64,000 nucleotides of DNA. Source: Geosiphon pyriformis uo1 (lineage: Eukaryota; Fungi; Glomeromycota). Made by a program: the position numbers and the translations under genes. The stretch covers positions 457,391-521,390 of the forward strand of contig JAAOMT010000620.1 in assembly GCA_016748015.1 (NCBI GenBank). The letters run 5' to 3'. The notes under the pieces were generated by a model. It did not search any database. It had not been told where the DNA came from and saw only the letters and a list, made by a program, of their open reading frames with translations. Positions within the stretch are counted from its first letter, which is position 1. Each line of letters begins with the position of its first letter. Shown in pieces: positions 63,924-64,000 of this stretch.

Positions 63924-64000
63924 AACAGCAATAACAGAGCCAACAGTGGCCTCATAATCAAAAAACAGTTTTGATTTATTGTACTGAATGGTAAAAAACT

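Larger units (their letters stand above)
57311..64000 (-). mobile_element. Near full-length L1-like LINE with RNase H (5' end beyond the window)
   Basis: ORF1, ORF2, 3' UTR and A-rich tail in order; disrupted by premature stops. Confidence 0.95.

Noticed and set aside
52688-63957. Many 60-175 aa plus-strand and alternate-frame ORFs over the LINEs (also over 1837-3900)
   Set aside because: Antisense or out-of-frame shadows of ORF1/ORF2, with no independent motifs.
1-64000. tRNA, rRNA or other structured RNA genes; prokaryotic operons
   Set aside because: None recognised by eye, and all host genes have spliceosomal introns. A covariance-model scan would be needed to exclude small ncRNAs.

Overview
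Very AT-rich eukaryotic genomic DNA with short spliceosomal introns. It is fungal, and I infer an early-diverging lineage (Glomeromycotina/Mucoromycota-like) from gene and repeat style. Two small gene islands sit among nested, transition-mutated transposons. Island 1 (10.4-16.6 kb): a winged-helix (HARE-HTH-like) + Zn(II)2Cys6 + SET protein, an acidic 6-exon hypothetical gene, and a RanBP2-zinc-finger/Gly-rich protein with a mitochondrial-type presequence. Island 2 (40.7-48.8 kb): TIM23, PEX19, TVP23, and a 12-exon, ~577-aa gene that the ORF track shows only as fragments and that aligns by eye, end to end, with Fanconi anaemia core-complex subunit FANCC. Repeats: a structurally complete but inactivated 10.1-kb Ty3/Gypsy element (LTRs, ATGC TSD, PBS, PPT) whose pol carries a Cys-rich insert and a dUTPase and which has an extra ORF in the env position; two older relatives; solo LTRs; L1-like LINEs with RNase H (one near full length, one 5'-truncated with TSD, two decayed); an ORF1-only non-autonomous element sharing the LINE 3' end (HAL1-like); and a hAT-type MITE. 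All gene models and alignments were made by hand, and comparisons with known proteins are from memory; no database searches were run.
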